The position numbers and the translations under genes were made by a program. This document shows, piece after piece, positions 62,226 through 64,000 of a stretch of 64,000 nt of DNA (position 1 is its first letter; the number at the start of each line of letters is the position of its first letter). The notes below the pieces were generated by a model. The model was not told the DNA's origin. It did no database searches and saw only the letters and a list, made by a program, of their open reading frames with translations. Source of the stretch: Chrysemys picta bellii. Taxonomy: Eukaryota. Location of the stretch: contig NC_088815.1 in the NCBI RefSeq assembly GCF_011386835.1, positions 13,082,001 to 13,146,000 of the forward strand, given 5' to 3'.

Positions 62226-64000
62226 GGCTGGAGGGGTGGGGCTGCAAGGCAGAGACTCGTCAGAGCCCGGGGGAGAGAACAGGGTGTCCGACCCCCCTCC
62301 TGTCCCTGGCGATCCCCAGGGCTCATCCGCGCTCCTGGCAGGCGGGTCTCACGGTCATGGAGGGGGACGCTGAGAGACAGAGAGGGGAAGGGTCTTGCTT
62401 AAGGCAACCCCCCAAATCAGTAGCAGAGCCAGGGAGAGGACCCGGCAGTCCTGACTCCTGGGCTCTAACTACGAGACCCTGTTCCCCTCAGAGGTGGGAA
62501 GTCCAGATTCCCACACCTGCGCTAACCAGTGGGAATCCTGACTCCCAGCCCCCCTGCTCTAACCACTAGACCCCACTCCCTCTCATTGCTCCTGGGAAAA
62601 TGCAATATGCCAAGCTCTTCCAGCAATGTTGGGACTGACAGGGACATTGTATTCGATTTGATTTGATGCCTGAAAAGCAGCTGTCACCGCAGATCTGTTT
62701 GGGGGGGGGGGGAGCTCCATGTTATGGGGGGCAGGGAATCCCCCAGAGGGGCTGGGGCAGGATTTATCTTGGGGGGACGGGTGCTGTGATCCCTTCTCTC
62801 CTGCTGGCCCCGAGGATCAGGGCTGGGGGCTCAGTGCTCTTAGCGGAGACAGGCCTCGGCCTCCCCGGGGAGCAGCTCCTCTTGTAGCCGGAAGACGCAG
62901 CGGAGACTCTGAAGCCGGATGGAGGCTGCTACCTCTGGGACAGCACTGTGCAGGCCCAGGGCTCCCATCGGGGCAGAGCCCGGCTGCCCCCAGCTTGTGA
63001 AGGGGGTTGGGATGGGGCTGCCCCCCAGAGTGCGGTCTGGATTTCAGACACCGCAGGGTCCAGGTGTGACTGGAGCCAGGGGGCTCGGGGGAGATCTGTC
63101 TCCATGCGGGCTGCAGGACGGAGCCCCCTGGGAATCGGGGGATGAATGGGCCACTGAGCAGCGTTTTCCCCAGTCTAAGACAGAACTCGTCCCTCCCCCA
63201 GCATGGGAGCCAGGGGCCCTGTGGGGTACAGCCCAGGGGCTGGATGACCCCTCAGGGACAGCCCCCAAATATGCCATGGGGAAGCTGTGTCCTTATAACA
63301 GGGGCCTCTTCACTGCAGTGGGACAGAGGACACGTGACCCACACCCATGGGTGCCATGTTGCTGGGAGACGGGAATCGCCACGGTGCACAGATCAACGGG
63401 GGGAATCTCATCTCCGCTACCAGCCAAATCCGGGAGGAGGAGAACTGCCCCCACAATGCATCTGGTTGGGCAATATTATCCCACAGGGAGGTGATCTCCC
63501 CCCGCCAGCCATCGGCTCCAGACCTGGAGCTGGAAGCAAAGTTGCTGGACCCAGTCCTATGTACTGGGATCTGGGAGACACCTGGGCGGGAGTGGGGGGG
63601 TTATAGGCGCACAGGGCTCCTAAGCAAACAGGTCTCGTCCACATGTGTCAGGAAAGCCACAGCCCCTCCCTCTGCCTCCCCCCTTTCTGTGACAGCAGCA
63701 TCCCCGGTGCAGCTGGGAAATTACACCCCCCCCCGCCCACACATATCAAAGCATTTCATCTTTGCCCCCAGGCTAGGAAAATGGGGTGACTAGTGTCCCC
63801 CCAAGATCTCCACTGCCCCCCTCCTCCCGTGCTGATGGAAAGCAGAGAGGAGACAGTTCAGTGAAACTCCTCCTCCCTCCCCCGGGGGCCCCAGCCCTCA
63901 GAGTGACCCTAAGTTAGACAAGGAGAGGAATCTCCCCACACGTCTAGTGGGATGGGGGGGGCGATGGGGGGATCTGTTCTGTTAGGAAAGGGCCACTTCA

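Noticed and set aside
61511-62373. Long ORFs (282, 222, 196 aa) overlapping the TMEM79-like exon
   Set aside because: Shadow frames of a GC-rich coding exon with no recognisable domain.

Overview
Vertebrate genomic DNA, most likely turtle, judged from CR1 tails, MIR-like SINEs and GC-rich hAT MITEs. The gene content matches human 19p13.3. Manual splicing gives six protein-coding units: granzyme M-like serine protease (-, 5 exons, 4020-8710); an unnamed single-exon TIR-only ORF (-, 10604-11110); C19orf25 (-, 11706-12590); REEP6 (-, exons 1-5 at 22830-36405, terminal exon unresolved); PCSK4 (+, 15 exons, 793 aa, 37738-53432), head-to-head with REEP6; and a TMEM79-like gene (-, 3 coding exons, 434 aa, 55938-62225). 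The most unusual element is the TIR-only ORF. It is TIRAP/Mal-like, carries Ala instead of Pro in the BB loop and lacks the NADase Glu. It lies about 600 nt downstream of the C19orf25 stop with no canonical poly(A) signal in between, canonical splice sites could join the C19orf25 N-terminus to it in frame, and it sits directly upstream of granzyme M. The remainder is introns with hAT elements and MITEs (several with 8-bp TSDs), LTR-like pieces, CR1/MIR fragments and tandem repeats. Gene names come from recalled protein sequences and manual exon phasing. No database search was run.
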